The notes: generated from the letters alone by a model not told the origin. A stretch of DNA of 64,000 nucleotides from an uncultured virus (IMG/VR IMGVR_UViG_2860317346_000001) (IMGVR_UViG_2860317346_000001:1-64000), one strand, 5' to 3'; shown: positions 1 to 11,037, numbered from the stretch's first letter. Program-made: numbers and translations.

Positions 1-537
1 ATGAAAGACCTCTGCGATGTATACGACGAAATGCGAAAACAGGTTATAGTTGCGCGTAATATCGTCATTTTACTAGGATTCAAGAACAGAACACTAAAAC
101 AACATAATTACAAATTGATACCAAACGCAGCAAACCACGCAATTCGATCATACTCTTACATACAACCGAACAGTATTGCAGCTAAAGGTAAAAGTTTTGA
201 GGTTTGTTCGATTCTATCAAAACTTAAATTCGTGGAACCTAGAACGATAAGGTTAGACGAACCTGCGCTTTTACCTAAAACTTGTTTCGTATTCGATAGC
301 ATATTATACAAGCCAGATACGAATGAATTTTTGTTTGTAAACATGAATGAAGGTTCACGGGATTATACAGTATCTGTTAATCGAACTTCAAACTTCTTAC
401 TTGAAAACGTACCAGAATCGATTGATGATGTCGTTAAAGAAATATACAACGAATATGTGGAATGTAACGCCCACAACGCCAAGATAGTCGATGAACTTCA
501 TACGTACGCGAAATTACAAAAATTAGATAAGGTGTAA
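1..537 (+). CDS. Hypothetical protein, paralog family A (possibly 5'-truncated by the window)
   Basis: Shares IQPN..GKSFEVCSIL, (F/Y)D.I and C-terminal KLDKV motifs with the ORFs at 1246, 2576 and 4098. Confidence 0.8.
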   Translation: MKDLCDVYDEMRKQVIVARNIVILLGFKNRTLKQHNYKLIPNAANHAIRSYSYIQPNSIAAKGKSFEVCSILSKLKFVEPRTIRLDEPALLPKTCFVFDSILYKPDTNEFLFVNMNEGSRDYTVSVNRTSNFLLENVPESIDDVVKEIYNEYVECNAHNAKIVDELHTYAKLQKLDKV

Positions 538-539
538 CG

Positions 540-1253
540 ATGGTTACACTTGACGATTTAAACGATATGTGGTCAAATGGCGTTTATAATAACTTACGTG
601 AATACGAATTACATCATATCGTTAAATTAGACAAGGATGTCGAGATTACGGCACGTAATGGTACTCTTATAAAATTCAATACGTTCGTAGTTGATAATAC
701 TAAATTTAAAGCGATTAATTCGTCGTACATTAAGTATAACAACGCTGGGTTTGATTACGCGACATTACTAACCGCATATCCTGAATACACGGACTTAGTG
801 TATGACTTATTTCAGGTTATTCTAAAAAGTAAAAGCGATGATGGGTTACACCTAGTAGATACATACGCTAACGATGAAATAAAGCGTATAATGGGTTTTG
901 TCGATAAAGTTAATAAAACCGAAAAGTTAGTTCGTGCAGCAGACGTTTTAAATAACGAATGGAAATTCAAGCATCTTATCGCGAACGACGATGGTAAAAT
1001 AACGTTAAACGAATTATGGGGTAAGTTTTCATATTATACCCTGGACGTTATCAACCAATACAAAGAAAACATACGACCGTATCTCATTTTCGGTAAAACG
1101 TACACGTACACGGTTATGCACAAATACAGGCGTGGAGACGTAAGTACTTACAATGTCGCTTACCACGCTATCGACGACGATTTAGATTGGCTTATGAGTG
1201 AGTATAATCGTGTATCGGCTTTACTTACACAAAAGGTGATTACGATTGATTGA
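540..1253 (+). CDS. Hypothetical protein
   Basis: 237-aa ORF; AAGGTG RBS within the end of the previous gene. Confidence 0.75.
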   Translation: MVTLDDLNDMWSNGVYNNLREYELHHIVKLDKDVEITARNGTLIKFNTFVVDNTKFKAINSSYIKYNNAGFDYATLLTAYPEYTDLVYDLFQVILKSKSDDGLHLVDTYANDEIKRIMGFVDKVNKTEKLVRAADVLNNEWKFKHLIANDDGKITLNELWGKFSYYTLDVINQYKENIRPYLIFGKTYTYTVMHKYRRGDVSTYNVAYHAIDDDLDWLMSEYNRVSALLTQKVITID

Positions 1254-1869
1254 TATCGATGAAACTATTGAAACTTTCCGTGATATGACGGGTGAATTGA
1301 CACGGGCCGAATCTCGTATATTCGCTGCTTTACGTAAAGCTGGTTTCAAAAATGTAATGGTCCCTACAACCGGTACACAATTATTAGCAAGAACACATTC
1401 ACTGTACACGATAGGCCACATAAAGACTAACACCATCCGTAAACGTGGTAAATTGAACGAGGTCTGTGCAATTCTCGAAAAGATACCATTACCGCCGGTT
1501 GTGTGCATAAATCTCAAAAAACCCGTCGTTGTACTTGATGGATACAGTGTTGTCACGATTTACGATACCATTATAATTGACGCTACACTGGAAATCGTTT
1601 CGATGGAATACCGTTACAATGATTTACCGGTCGGTGTAACGACTATAAACGAAAACCCGGAAGTTTACGTACATGACCGTTATAGGTTAACTGTAAACGA
1701 CTTTCACGATGAAATTGCGAATAGACTTACCACACTTGGTGTGTATGATGAGTTCGTTGAAAAATTAAAACAGTACAATAAAGATTTACAGATTTATCTT
1801 GACTCCATAAGTGACGTTATCAGCGAAACTGAACGATACTGTACGTTATGTACACTTGATAAGATTTAG
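1246..1869 (+). CDS. Hypothetical protein, paralog family A
   Basis: GKLNEVCAIL, IYDTII, C-terminal TLDKI; AGGTGA RBS before TTG. Confidence 0.8.
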   Translation: MIDIDETIETFRDMTGELTRAESRIFAALRKAGFKNVMVPTTGTQLLARTHSLYTIGHIKTNTIRKRGKLNEVCAILEKIPLPPVVCINLKKPVVVLDGYSVVTIYDTIIIDATLEIVSMEYRYNDLPVGVTTINENPEVYVHDRYRLTVNDFHDEIANRLTTLGVYDEFVEKLKQYNKDLQIYLDSISDVISETERYCTLCTLDKI

Positions 1870-2579
1870 TGATTGTTATGACTTTGTTTATAAAACTTAA
1901 AAAACCGTTTCAGAAAAAAACCTACGGTAATAAATGCGTTAATGTCGATGTCGTAAAATTTAAGTATGGTATCCCGTGTAGCGACGCGTGTACCATATCC
2001 TGTGTTGGTATAAACCCCACGTCGGGTCACATCGATTCTATTACCAGTGAATGGCGGAGTATTTCGGACGTAGAATGTCGAGCCTGTGCCGATGGTAACG
2101 CGCGTACATTGCCAGCTACGTTAAGTTTACCAGACGAAACCGCTGGACTTGTATTATTTTATCGTGTAATGGAACATTGTCTTACGATATCTCCGATTTT
2201 ACCAGGTGTAATAAATTATATACCAAACGAAATCGTTTTAGCTGGCGCTATGGTGGCGTTATTCAAGTTAAACCCGGCATGTTTAACGTACGCTGAATTT
2301 GAAAGAATGTATCCCGATAGTGTAGGTCATTTCGCAACTTATTATCATCACTGTAAAAGTATTGATAAAAAAGTGTCAAAGGATGTGTGTGTGTATTTAT
2401 TAACGCAGCATTTGTTAAAAATGTTTACAATATACAATAAAGCTATATGTACACCTACATCTACACGTAAACCTAAAAATAGACGGTTCCAAGCTTATCC
2501 AGTTGAGTACGTGATGGATAGCCCAGAATACTACGATGTTATTAGAATAATAGCACAAAATCTGGGTGTAAATGTATGA
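1869..2579 (+). CDS. Hypothetical Cys-containing protein
   Basis: 236-aa ORF translationally coupled to both neighbours. Confidence 0.7.
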   Translation: MIVMTLFIKLKKPFQKKTYGNKCVNVDVVKFKYGIPCSDACTISCVGINPTSGHIDSITSEWRSISDVECRACADGNARTLPATLSLPDETAGLVLFYRVMEHCLTISPILPGVINYIPNEIVLAGAMVALFKLNPACLTYAEFERMYPDSVGHFATYYHHCKSIDKKVSKDVCVYLLTQHLLKMFTIYNKAICTPTSTRKPKNRRFQAYPVEYVMDSPEYYDVIRIIAQNLGVNV

Positions 2580-3220
2580 CCAAATATGCTAAATTTTTAG
2601 ATTTATTTACCCGGTTGAACCGAATTAGATTCAAATTCGACGCTATATTTGATGATATCCGGGATGTAACCGGTACACACAAGGTTCGTAATATCGACAT
2701 TATTGCTGATAATGGTTATACGTACACCATTTTAGCTATGACGAACTTTAAAGATGTAAATCTCATACATTTCGCAAAATCAAAAACTAAATCCGGTAAA
2801 GCGTATGAATTCGCAAATATTTTACAACAATATCCTACTTTACCGGAATGTACGATTAGACTGAATACTATACATGATGTTCCAGCGTGGTCCGAATACC
2901 GTACTAGACACGTTTTTGATACAATTAATGTAACGTGTGGGAAATCCAAGTTGTATGTGTCGGGTAACACACTAAAACAGGGCCTTTACGAATTCAAAAA
3001 CGGTAAGCTACGAGACGAATTTATGTACCCTACTGATACGATTTCAATTTCTAAAATAGCATTAATTTGTAGCGCGATACAGGGTGATGACGGCGATACA
3101 TTATTCAATGGATTAAACCAGTACGTGATTGACGTAGAAGCGACCTACGATAAAACGTTGGTGATACACAAAGCGTTCATGGACCTAAATAACTTATACA
3201 AACTTGATATGGTGGGATAA
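2576..3220 (+). CDS. Hypothetical protein, paralog family A
   Basis: GKAYEFANIL, VFDTIN, C-terminal KLDMVG. Confidence 0.8.
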   Translation: MTKYAKFLDLFTRLNRIRFKFDAIFDDIRDVTGTHKVRNIDIIADNGYTYTILAMTNFKDVNLIHFAKSKTKSGKAYEFANILQQYPTLPECTIRLNTIHDVPAWSEYRTRHVFDTINVTCGKSKLYVSGNTLKQGLYEFKNGKLRDEFMYPTDTISISKIALICSAIQGDDGDTLFNGLNQYVIDVEATYDKTLVIHKAFMDLNNLYKLDMVG

Positions 3221-4098
3221 TGCGAGTATACGATGAACCTACCCATACGTTATTATGTGAGAAATTAGCCGCAGCTGAGACTTTATTATTAAAAAAACAC
3301 AACACACGGTATCCGTATTCAACGACCGATATACAGACAACGGGAGTATACCTTGAATTGGATGAACCTATACCGGAATTAACCTTTAGACCCGAATATT
3401 CAGAGGGTACCGTTACGCTAAAAAACATCATACGAATAAGTTACAGGTTTGGTGATGTAGGCGCTACACCGTATGTGCACGTAGCTGAGTATTCACCGCG
3501 TATTAGGGGTTTTAGTTGTCGAGTTGCACCAACATGTGAATATTACAAAGCTATCGAACCATACACAGATAGATTACTCAAACTTATCGACGACTGTATA
3601 AACAGTGGTTTACCAACCATTAACGTTTGTGATGACCTCGATGAATATACAAAGATGTATTACGCGATATCGGAACTAAAAGAACCTAAAATCCAAGATA
3701 TAGATTCACAGCTTAGGCGATTTATATCCGCGTGCAATCGTGATAAAAATATATTCATCGTCCTTGATAGGTTATTAAACGAAAAGGGCATTTTGTTTAA
3801 TAACGATGCTGAAATCGATGCGCTTATTAAAAATATTTTAGCAACACCAAAGTACCACACCCCGGAGGTACTAGTTAGTGCGATATCTAAATTTTTCATA
3901 AACGTTGTAAAACCTGTCGCTTTCGAGTTTCGCGGTAATTTGTATCTAGGTACGCATCGATACAGGGGTTATAATGTCGCTAATCTGTTTGGTGCCACAC
4001 ATTATTATTTAGCCGATTATACTGGATTACGTGAGTTTTACACGTTAGCTACAGCTTCGTGTGAAGTGTTATCAGGAATACAGTGGGTGAAGTTCTAA
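3220..4098 (+). CDS. Hypothetical protein
   Basis: 292-aa ORF; TAATG coupling, GGTGG RBS. Confidence 0.75.
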   Translation: MRVYDEPTHTLLCEKLAAAETLLLKKHNTRYPYSTTDIQTTGVYLELDEPIPELTFRPEYSEGTVTLKNIIRISYRFGDVGATPYVHVAEYSPRIRGFSCRVAPTCEYYKAIEPYTDRLLKLIDDCINSGLPTINVCDDLDEYTKMYYAISELKEPKIQDIDSQLRRFISACNRDKNIFIVLDRLLNEKGILFNNDAEIDALIKNILATPKYHTPEVLVSAISKFFINVVKPVAFEFRGNLYLGTHRYRGYNVANLFGATHYYLADYTGLREFYTLATASCEVLSGIQWVKF

Positions 4099-4712
4099 TG
4101 AGTGAATACACAACACCTGATGAAAAATTTGTCGCTATGCGGCTTGAACTTACGAATTTGTACAGGGCTAATACCGATTTAATTTACTTAGGTACTAAGT
4201 TCAGAACTCTATTCAAGAAAATTTGCCCGCGTAACCGAAAAATACCAGATACCAACCTCACCGCACATGGTGGCACAGATAGTGCATCGCTGTTCGTTAT
4301 AAGTCAAATACAACCTAATACGTTTAATAAACGTAATTCCGGTAGATATTACGAATGTTCGACATTTATATCGAAATTCGAAATTCCAAATATTAACGTA
4401 TATAAGGTTACACCGACTTTAGCTAAACTTCATAGCCGTATAATCGTGTACGATAAAATATATTACGACCCATACAATAACCAAATCGTGTTTGGTGGTA
4501 TACACGATGGTATATACGAATACCAGGGTCTATCATTAGATAATGAATACAGTATGTTTATGCTGGCTAATGAATTTGTTAAGCATTTTGATACGATGTA
4601 TCCAGTCGTAAAGCAATTACACGAAAGTGTTGATGTTTGTATTACCGCAAATAAACGACTATACGACGAATTTACGACGTACCATACTCTAACCAAATTA
4701 GATAAGGTGTAA
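4098..4712 (+). CDS. Hypothetical protein, paralog family A
   Basis: IQPNTF..GRYYECSTFI, VYDKIY, C-terminal KLDKV; start moved to ATG 4098 after GGTGA. Confidence 0.8.
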   Translation: MSEYTTPDEKFVAMRLELTNLYRANTDLIYLGTKFRTLFKKICPRNRKIPDTNLTAHGGTDSASLFVISQIQPNTFNKRNSGRYYECSTFISKFEIPNINVYKVTPTLAKLHSRIIVYDKIYYDPYNNQIVFGGIHDGIYEYQGLSLDNEYSMFMLANEFVKHFDTMYPVVKQLHESVDVCITANKRLYDEFTTYHTLTKLDKV

Positions 4713-4715
4713 CTA

Positions 4716-5588
4716 TTGAAACCAATCGAAATACGAAAATATCCGGTTAAATTAACACAACCGGGTAATTATGTACTTTACGGTAGCGCGACTACCAAAT
4801 CTGCCGAAACCAAAAACAAACCACTCGTAACCATCCACGGTAAAGACATCACCGTAACAACAGCAAAGATGTACCTGAAAGGTAATAAGGACCCGAATTG
4901 TCCTATGATTTTTATTGAACATTCGGATAATGTGAATATACACGTAAAAACAAACGAGGGGGCTAAAGCTGTTGTGGTTGAATCTTCTGAGAACATTACG
5001 ATTAGTGGTTCGATAAAAAACAGCGATACGGGTATTTTACTTAACAACTCACACAACATAGTTGTACAAAACACTGAATTACTCAATGGTTTGTGTGGAA
5101 TCGAATTTATAGATTGTACGAATTTAACCGTTAAAGACGTTATAATCGATAAATCAACGTGTGGTTTATGTGCACATAAACATTCGGCTGTTAATCTCAA
5201 TAACGTGAAAATAAAGAATAGTATGACGGGTATACTAGTTATGCGATACGCTATAGACACGTTTGATATACATTTCACGGGCTGTACCCACGATAGACTA
5301 CCTATGTTAAGTATTTATAATAGCGACGATTCCGGTAAACAAGAAGTCGAGAGATGTGGTTTCTTGTTCACTAAGGGTGTTAATGTTATTGTAAATGATG
5401 CCGTACTAACACATAACGATGTAGGCGCGATCGTTATCGATTCTAACGTTGTATTTAACTCGTGTGAATTTAGTTACGTGAATACAGGTGTATGTGCCAT
5501 TAAGTCTACCGTAAAAACTAATAATTGCAGTTTTGTCGGTGTAAAAACTAAAGACTTGGCATTCGTAAGTGATGTCGAACATTGCTAA
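4716..5588 (+). CDS. Right-handed parallel beta-helix repeat protein (NosD/pectate-lyase-like fold)
   Basis: Repeats such as GILLNNSHNIVVQN, GIEFIDCTNLTVKD, AVVVESSENITISG. Confidence 0.8.
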   Translation: MKPIEIRKYPVKLTQPGNYVLYGSATTKSAETKNKPLVTIHGKDITVTTAKMYLKGNKDPNCPMIFIEHSDNVNIHVKTNEGAKAVVVESSENITISGSIKNSDTGILLNNSHNIVVQNTELLNGLCGIEFIDCTNLTVKDVIIDKSTCGLCAHKHSAVNLNNVKIKNSMTGILVMRYAIDTFDIHFTGCTHDRLPMLSIYNSDDSGKQEVERCGFLFTKGVNVIVNDAVLTHNDVGAIVIDSNVVFNSCEFSYVNTGVCAIKSTVKTNNCSFVGVKTKDLAFVSDVEHC

Positions 5589-5677
5589 TTATAACGTTAA
5601 CTTTTGTAAAATTAATTATTTCTACATATCTCTCTTTTTTCAAAAAAACAATCAATTTCACTCTAAGAGGTGCTTTT

Positions 5678-6958
5678 ATGATGCAAATTTCACTCAAAGA
5701 TATGGCTACGTTAATCGAAGAAGCCGATACCGTGTATAAATCCGCGGCACAATGCGCAAATCCTATGTTATTCCTTGGTGAACCGGGAATTGGTAAATCA
5801 TCAATCGTTAAAGAAACTGCTATGAAACTTGCGTCCAAAGCCGGTAAAAAATTCGTAGATTTTACACTTGGAAAAGAAGTGAAAATCAAATGCTTATCGG
5901 ATGGCGAAGGAAACGAAACCTACGTTGTTGATGAAACAGCAGGTTCAATGAACATTGATTTGATTCAGGATATAATGAAAAACCCTGATGATTACTATGT
6001 GTTCGTTGATATCAGGTTAACAACGGTAGAACCATCAGATATCGGCGGTATTCCTAGACTCGAACCCGATTACTTTATCAACGTACCACCTATCTGGGCT
6101 AAATTATTATCGTTGTCACAAGGAATGCTTTTCCTCGATGAATTGACAATCGTTCAAAGAGACGAAATCTTTGCTGCAGCTTTCATGATTATTCAGGACA
6201 GGAAAACAGCGTTTGCTAAATTTAGAGATGACGTCGTAATCGTTTCAGCTGGTAACGCAGACACGAGCTCGTCAATCGCTAGAATGTTACCTGCACCATT
6301 AATCAACAGATTTGGTGTGTTTACAGTTAAAGCGCCTAGCCACAGAGAATGGTTGGATTACATCGGTGAAAAATACGATGAAAATAAGTGTGCACATCAG
6401 ATAACCTCTTTCATCACAATGAATAGAGGGGATAAATTTGCCGTGACCCCACCGGCAGCTGAGACTTTAGAAAATTTCCCAACACCAAGAACGTGGGAAA
6501 TGTTCTTGAAATCTTATAACGAAAAAGACAGCCAGGATTTAATACACGCTAAATGTGAAGCTTACTTGGGTCCAGCTGTAGCCGAACAGTTTGTAAAATA
6601 CGTGTTGATTTTCGATTCCCTGTCACTCGAAGATTTACTCAACCAGCCTGAGTTAATCAAAACGTTTGACTTCGATAAGAAGTTCGCAGCCATGTCGATT
6701 CTTGGTGCTTACATCAACAACCAGAAAACAGAGAAGAAAATCATAGAAGCAGCTCAAAGAGTTGAAAAAGTTATTGCCGTTCTTTCCACTGAAAATGGGT
6801 ACGAAGAATATTTGTTCTATTTACTCGGTGTGGCTATCGCACCGGTTACCGGAAACAGGAAATCAAAAAGAATGGTTACACAAAAAGCTTTAGCTGAAAT
6901 TAATCCAGCTTATACCGACACCATTATCAGAGTACTTTCAATTGTAAACGTTGCGTAA
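5678..6958 (+). CDS. MoxR-like AAA+ ATPase (copy 1)
   Basis: Walker A GEPGIGKS, Walker B LFLDEL, SAGN sensor, NRF arginine finger, PTPRTWE; start at ATG 5678 after GAGGTG. Confidence 0.9.
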   Translation: MMQISLKDMATLIEEADTVYKSAAQCANPMLFLGEPGIGKSSIVKETAMKLASKAGKKFVDFTLGKEVKIKCLSDGEGNETYVVDETAGSMNIDLIQDIMKNPDDYYVFVDIRLTTVEPSDIGGIPRLEPDYFINVPPIWAKLLSLSQGMLFLDELTIVQRDEIFAAAFMIIQDRKTAFAKFRDDVVIVSAGNADTSSSIARMLPAPLINRFGVFTVKAPSHREWLDYIGEKYDENKCAHQITSFITMNRGDKFAVTPPAAETLENFPTPRTWEMFLKSYNEKDSQDLIHAKCEAYLGPAVAEQFVKYVLIFDSLSLEDLLNQPELIKTFDFDKKFAAMSILGAYINNQKTEKKIIEAAQRVEKVIAVLSTENGYEEYLFYLLGVAIAPVTGNRKSKRMVTQKALAEINPAYTDTIIRVLSIVNVA

Positions 6959-6967
6959 GGTGAGTTA

Positions 6968-8290
6968 ATGAAAATTATCAATGATTTCAGAGTAGCTCGG
7001 ACGTCATTAATTAAAAACTCACCTTTCATCTTTTCGTTCATTGAACACATGAGGTTCTACCTTGACCCCAGTGTGGAATCTACAGTGATTAAAGATAATA
7101 CAATACACTTCAGTCCACAATTGATGAATGTAACACTCGAAACGCTCCTGTATGAAATGACCCACGTCGCTTTACACGTTGCATTTCTCGATAGGGAAAG
7201 GTATAGAGTTTTAATGAAAATTGGTGATGATGAAAATTTATGTCGTCGCGCGTGGAATGATGCGTGTGATTATGTTAATGATAACATTTTAGCCGAAAAC
7301 CACATCGGTAGTGTGTTTAGATTACCGATAGACGTTCCTAGCGAATACAACACAAAAGAATCGGTGTATCAGTATTTGATTACCGAATATTCAAAATCAC
7401 AACCGGCCCCACGGAAAAATAACGATTTGTTTGGTATGCTACCACCAATGGGCGGCGGTGGTAGTGGTGATGGTGACGGAGACGGTGACGGTGATGGCAG
7501 CGGCAATAATCAATCCGAAGACAAACAAGACAATGACGGTAATAACTCAGAAAGTAATGGCAGCGGTGATGGTAACGGTAATGACCAACAGGATGATAAA
7601 ATTTTATTATTCGAAGGTTCGCTAGCAAAAACCATCGACCAAGCTCCGATAAAGTACGATGCACTGAAAAGTGCAGCTACGAAATCTTTCGTTTACGCGA
7701 AAGGAATCGGTACGATAGCTGCGAACATGCTTAGGGAAATAAACGCCGTTGTTGAAGGTCATGTTAACTGGCGTATGCTTGTAAAACAACACATGTCATC
7801 GTACATTGGTAAATTCAGACGGTCATCATACAGTAAACGGAATAGAAAGGTTCCGATATTACCAGGTTACACATCATACGGTTATCCTGATATTTACGTC
7901 GCTATGGATACGAGCGGCTCAATATCCGAACAGGAGTTAAAAGATTTCCTTTCGGAAACTTATGGTGTAGCCAAACAACTAAACACACATATACACTTGT
8001 TTACGTTTGATGGTAATTCGTATTATACGGGTAAAATTAAACGAAAAGCAGACATTGCCAAACTCGCTAAAACCCTTAGAGGTGGCGGTGGTACGAACAT
8101 TAAACCTGTATTAACCGAAATCTGTAAACTTAAAAGCCATAAAGATTATGTTTTGATTTTTAGCGATGGATACATATTCGACGCTGATGATTACCAAACT
8201 ATTGATATGGTCAATTCATTGAAAGGTATTCTGTTATACACGGGCGATGCCCCGAAAAATTGGTGTATACCTAAGATTCACATGGTGTAA
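6968..8290 (+). CDS. DUF2201-type metallopeptidase-like + vWA domain protein (copy 1)
   Basis: YEMTH (degenerate HExxH), AWNDACDYVND, G/D/N-rich linker, MIDAS DTSGS, GGGGT, FSDG. Confidence 0.88.
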   Translation: MKIINDFRVARTSLIKNSPFIFSFIEHMRFYLDPSVESTVIKDNTIHFSPQLMNVTLETLLYEMTHVALHVAFLDRERYRVLMKIGDDENLCRRAWNDACDYVNDNILAENHIGSVFRLPIDVPSEYNTKESVYQYLITEYSKSQPAPRKNNDLFGMLPPMGGGGSGDGDGDGDGDGSGNNQSEDKQDNDGNNSESNGSGDGNGNDQQDDKILLFEGSLAKTIDQAPIKYDALKSAATKSFVYAKGIGTIAANMLREINAVVEGHVNWRMLVKQHMSSYIGKFRRSSYSKRNRKVPILPGYTSYGYPDIYVAMDTSGSISEQELKDFLSETYGVAKQLNTHIHLFTFDGNSYYTGKIKRKADIAKLAKTLRGGGGTNIKPVLTEICKLKSHKDYVLIFSDGYIFDADDYQTIDMVNSLKGILLYTGDAPKNWCIPKIHMV

Positions 8291-8292
8291 TT

Positions 8293-8916
8293 ATGAAAAC
8301 TGTAAAAACCGGTTACTTAACCATGATGAACGAATTGGCATACACGCATAGCATTTTAGCTTTAATTAATGGTATACTTGGCTACACAACGGCGTATAAA
8401 GTTGTAAACCATGATGACCTCGATAACTACCACATCACGTTTAACGAATCTAATCGTATAGATGGTGGTTATAATGATGAACAAACGTGTAATTACACAA
8501 CATCAGCTGTAAAGCTAATAGAACGGTTTACGTGTGAGTATTCGGACCACGATGATAAAATAATACGAAAACTATTCGATACAGCTTTCGCTTATTGTCG
8601 CGACCTTACATTATTCATGAGTGAAGCAAAAGAACAGTACAATAAGCGAGAACGGCCACTTTGTGAGCTGAAACTTGAACCATTCAAGATACGACACACA
8701 CTAATCTATGATGGTGTAACCATTGACGTTGACATAAACAAGTGCGATGCCGATTATAATGATTACGTCAAATCTTGTATGTTTAATGACATTGATTCTT
8801 GGTTAAAAACCCAAAGAACGCTCAATGCGATAATGGACCGTTATTTTAATAAATTTGTAACTATCCGTAACGAAATTAGAGCAGAGTGGAATTATGATTG
8901 CAGCAACCTCGAATAA
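8293..8916 (+). CDS. Hypothetical protein
   Basis: 207-aa ORF in the operon. Confidence 0.7.
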   Translation: MKTVKTGYLTMMNELAYTHSILALINGILGYTTAYKVVNHDDLDNYHITFNESNRIDGGYNDEQTCNYTTSAVKLIERFTCEYSDHDDKIIRKLFDTAFAYCRDLTLFMSEAKEQYNKRERPLCELKLEPFKIRHTLIYDGVTIDVDINKCDADYNDYVKSCMFNDIDSWLKTQRTLNAIMDRYFNKFVTIRNEIRAEWNYDCSNLE

Positions 8917-9604
8917 TGTAACGTCCGGCGTATCGTACAACCGTGAATGTTACGATAAACTTGAACGATTACAAAACATGTATTCCGATATATATACGGC
9001 AGCCGAACATATCGGTGAAAGTTTCTGTCGAATACGGTCAGGTCGACGTAGTGTGAACCTCGGATACATCAATCGTTTAAAATTAGATAATTTTAGCGCT
9101 GACGTTCGTAGGAGTGGCTCTAGTATTTATAGTGGTTACCGGTTCTATTCCGGTGAATATCACCACGATTACGTTTTCCACTTACCTACACTAATTGATA
9201 AAATCGATAAGGCTGAAGTGTACTCTAAAAATAAATTAGAGTTCGTAAATACCGTTTATGAGTACATGAAACCTGTATGTGATAAATTAGAAGGTTATAC
9301 CGAAAATAATGAGTTTTTAGGATATACCGTATATGGTGATTACGATCGCGTAGTTGGCCACACATCATTGAATATGTATATCTATAACCCGGTTGACGCA
9401 AAATGTACACGTACCGGAACGAATAACTTGGTAAAATACGATTCGTACCCAGATTTCGCTATAATGAGTGATACCAAATTAGATGAATTATGTGTATACC
9501 TCAATAGCAAATTAACTATGTATAATGACGTTTACACCGATATTCTCGATTTAGAGCGTAAAGTAAACGGGTACATAAAACTTATAGGTATAGACTCGTT
9601 ATAA
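8894..9604 (+). CDS. Hypothetical protein (possible distant family A member)
   Basis: 236-aa ORF; C-terminal YIKLIGIDSL resembles family A ends; followed by a T-tract. Confidence 0.7.
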   Translation: MIAATSNNVTSGVSYNRECYDKLERLQNMYSDIYTAAEHIGESFCRIRSGRRSVNLGYINRLKLDNFSADVRRSGSSIYSGYRFYSGEYHHDYVFHLPTLIDKIDKAEVYSKNKLEFVNTVYEYMKPVCDKLEGYTENNEFLGYTVYGDYDRVVGHTSLNMYIYNPVDAKCTRTGTNNLVKYDSYPDFAIMSDTKLDELCVYLNSKLTMYNDVYTDILDLERKVNGYIKLIGIDSL

Positions 9605-9720
9605 TGTAACCTTTTTATACCATCCACATAATTTTCGGGTTACCTGACAAACTAGGTGTAAAACAATTACGTTTCCCCGGTAATTGTATTATTTTATTTT
9701 CTATAAAAACTGGTGAAAAT

Positions 9721-10545
9721 ATGAACTTTGAGAACCTTGAAAAAATTAAAGCATTAGCAACAAAGTACAACGTTAGTGAAGAGGATGTGGAAAAAATCAT
9801 CCAAGAAGTTGGTGACAACCCACTAAAAGTCGTAAAAGCTATCACAGCTAAAGGAAAAGCAGACGGTGACACCGGAGCCGGTGGAGCACCAGCTGAAACT
9901 TACAATGTTATGGTGTTAGGTATAACCGAACCACTCGTATCAAATGAAGCTCAGTTAAGAAAATGTAAACAAGCAGACGGTAAATACTACGCGGTTGGTG
10001 ACGACGGCAACTGTATCAAAGAGGAAGGTAAGCTTGTAGAAGTTATCCCTAGAATTGAAAAAATCGGTTACGGGTTCCACGGTGAAGAGTTAGTGTCATT
10101 AACATTCTACAAGGATTACGAATTTGAAGGTGTTGGTAATTACGAAGTTAAAGGTACACTTTCCAAAAATGGTCACAGAATCTACGCTAGAACAGCTACC
10201 AAAATCGACGATGATATTGATGAAAATCTTATCATTACGAACCTCGTAGATGATTTACAGGAATTACCTTATGATACCGCGATTACCGGTATTTTCAACA
10301 TTGTATTCTACAAAAACACAGTCAACAGGAAAAGAGGTAACGATGAAGCATTATTCGGTGATGAAACATGGACCGTACAGAATGCTAAAGGCGAAACCAT
10401 GCCACAGTTCATCAATGGGCCTGTACCATTTAAACACGAAGGTGGCAAGTTAAAAGGTTTATTCGTTGGTACACTTAAAAAGAAAAACTTCAACGATAGA
10501 ACTTACGTAAATCTCTACGAACCTGTTTTCGTTTGTGAATTCTAA
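9721..10545 (+). CDS. Hypothetical protein, possibly an OB-fold ssDNA-binding (RPA-like) protein
   Basis: GGTGA RBS; helical N-terminus (VSEEDVEKII), Gly linker, beta-rich body. Function is a weak inference. Confidence 0.55.
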   Translation: MNFENLEKIKALATKYNVSEEDVEKIIQEVGDNPLKVVKAITAKGKADGDTGAGGAPAETYNVMVLGITEPLVSNEAQLRKCKQADGKYYAVGDDGNCIKEEGKLVEVIPRIEKIGYGFHGEELVSLTFYKDYEFEGVGNYEVKGTLSKNGHRIYARTATKIDDDIDENLIITNLVDDLQELPYDTAITGIFNIVFYKNTVNRKRGNDEALFGDETWTVQNAKGETMPQFINGPVPFKHEGGKLKGLFVGTLKKKNFNDRTYVNLYEPVFVCEF

Positions 10546-10572
10546 CTTCACAAATAACCCTTTTTATTTACT

Positions 10573-11019
10573 ATGGTGGTTTACATGAATTCTAGTAATA
10601 TACATAATTTTACAGCCACTCAAACGCTTCGAGCTATGGTGTGGGCGTTGAGTGTTGAAGTAAAACGATTTAAACGGTTAGTACGAAATGGTATTGATGA
10701 AGACGAAAAGACCGCAGTATGTAGAGTGGTAAACACTATAAGTTTACAAACCGATGATGTCGACAAATCGTATTTAGTCGATGTAGGGGATTCAACACTA
10801 AAATTACGGTCCAACGCAAATACTGACTATGATATCTCCGTTCATGAGGATTATGTTTACGTGAATAGAACGCGCATGGCGTTTGGTAAAGAATTTTATG
10901 ATAAATTCACCATCAGTGAAGCAAAGGTGATAAATCATTTTACACACTTTACAAACGCACATTATTTAATTTTGAAAGACATTAACACAAAACTTGAACA
11001 AAAACAATCTAATTTATAA
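10573..11019 (+). CDS. Hypothetical protein
   Basis: 148-aa ORF; true start probably ATG 10585 after GGTGG. Confidence 0.7.
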   Translation: MVVYMNSSNIHNFTATQTLRAMVWALSVEVKRFKRLVRNGIDEDEKTAVCRVVNTISLQTDDVDKSYLVDVGDSTLKLRSNANTDYDISVHEDYVYVNRTRMAFGKEFYDKFTISEAKVINHFTHFTNAHYLILKDINTKLEQKQSNL

Positions 11020-11037
11020 AAACAATGGTGATTTTTC

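Noticed and set aside
7446..7590. GGTGAT/GAC-type tandem repeats as a DNA element
   Set aside because: They encode the Gly/Asp linker of the vWA protein
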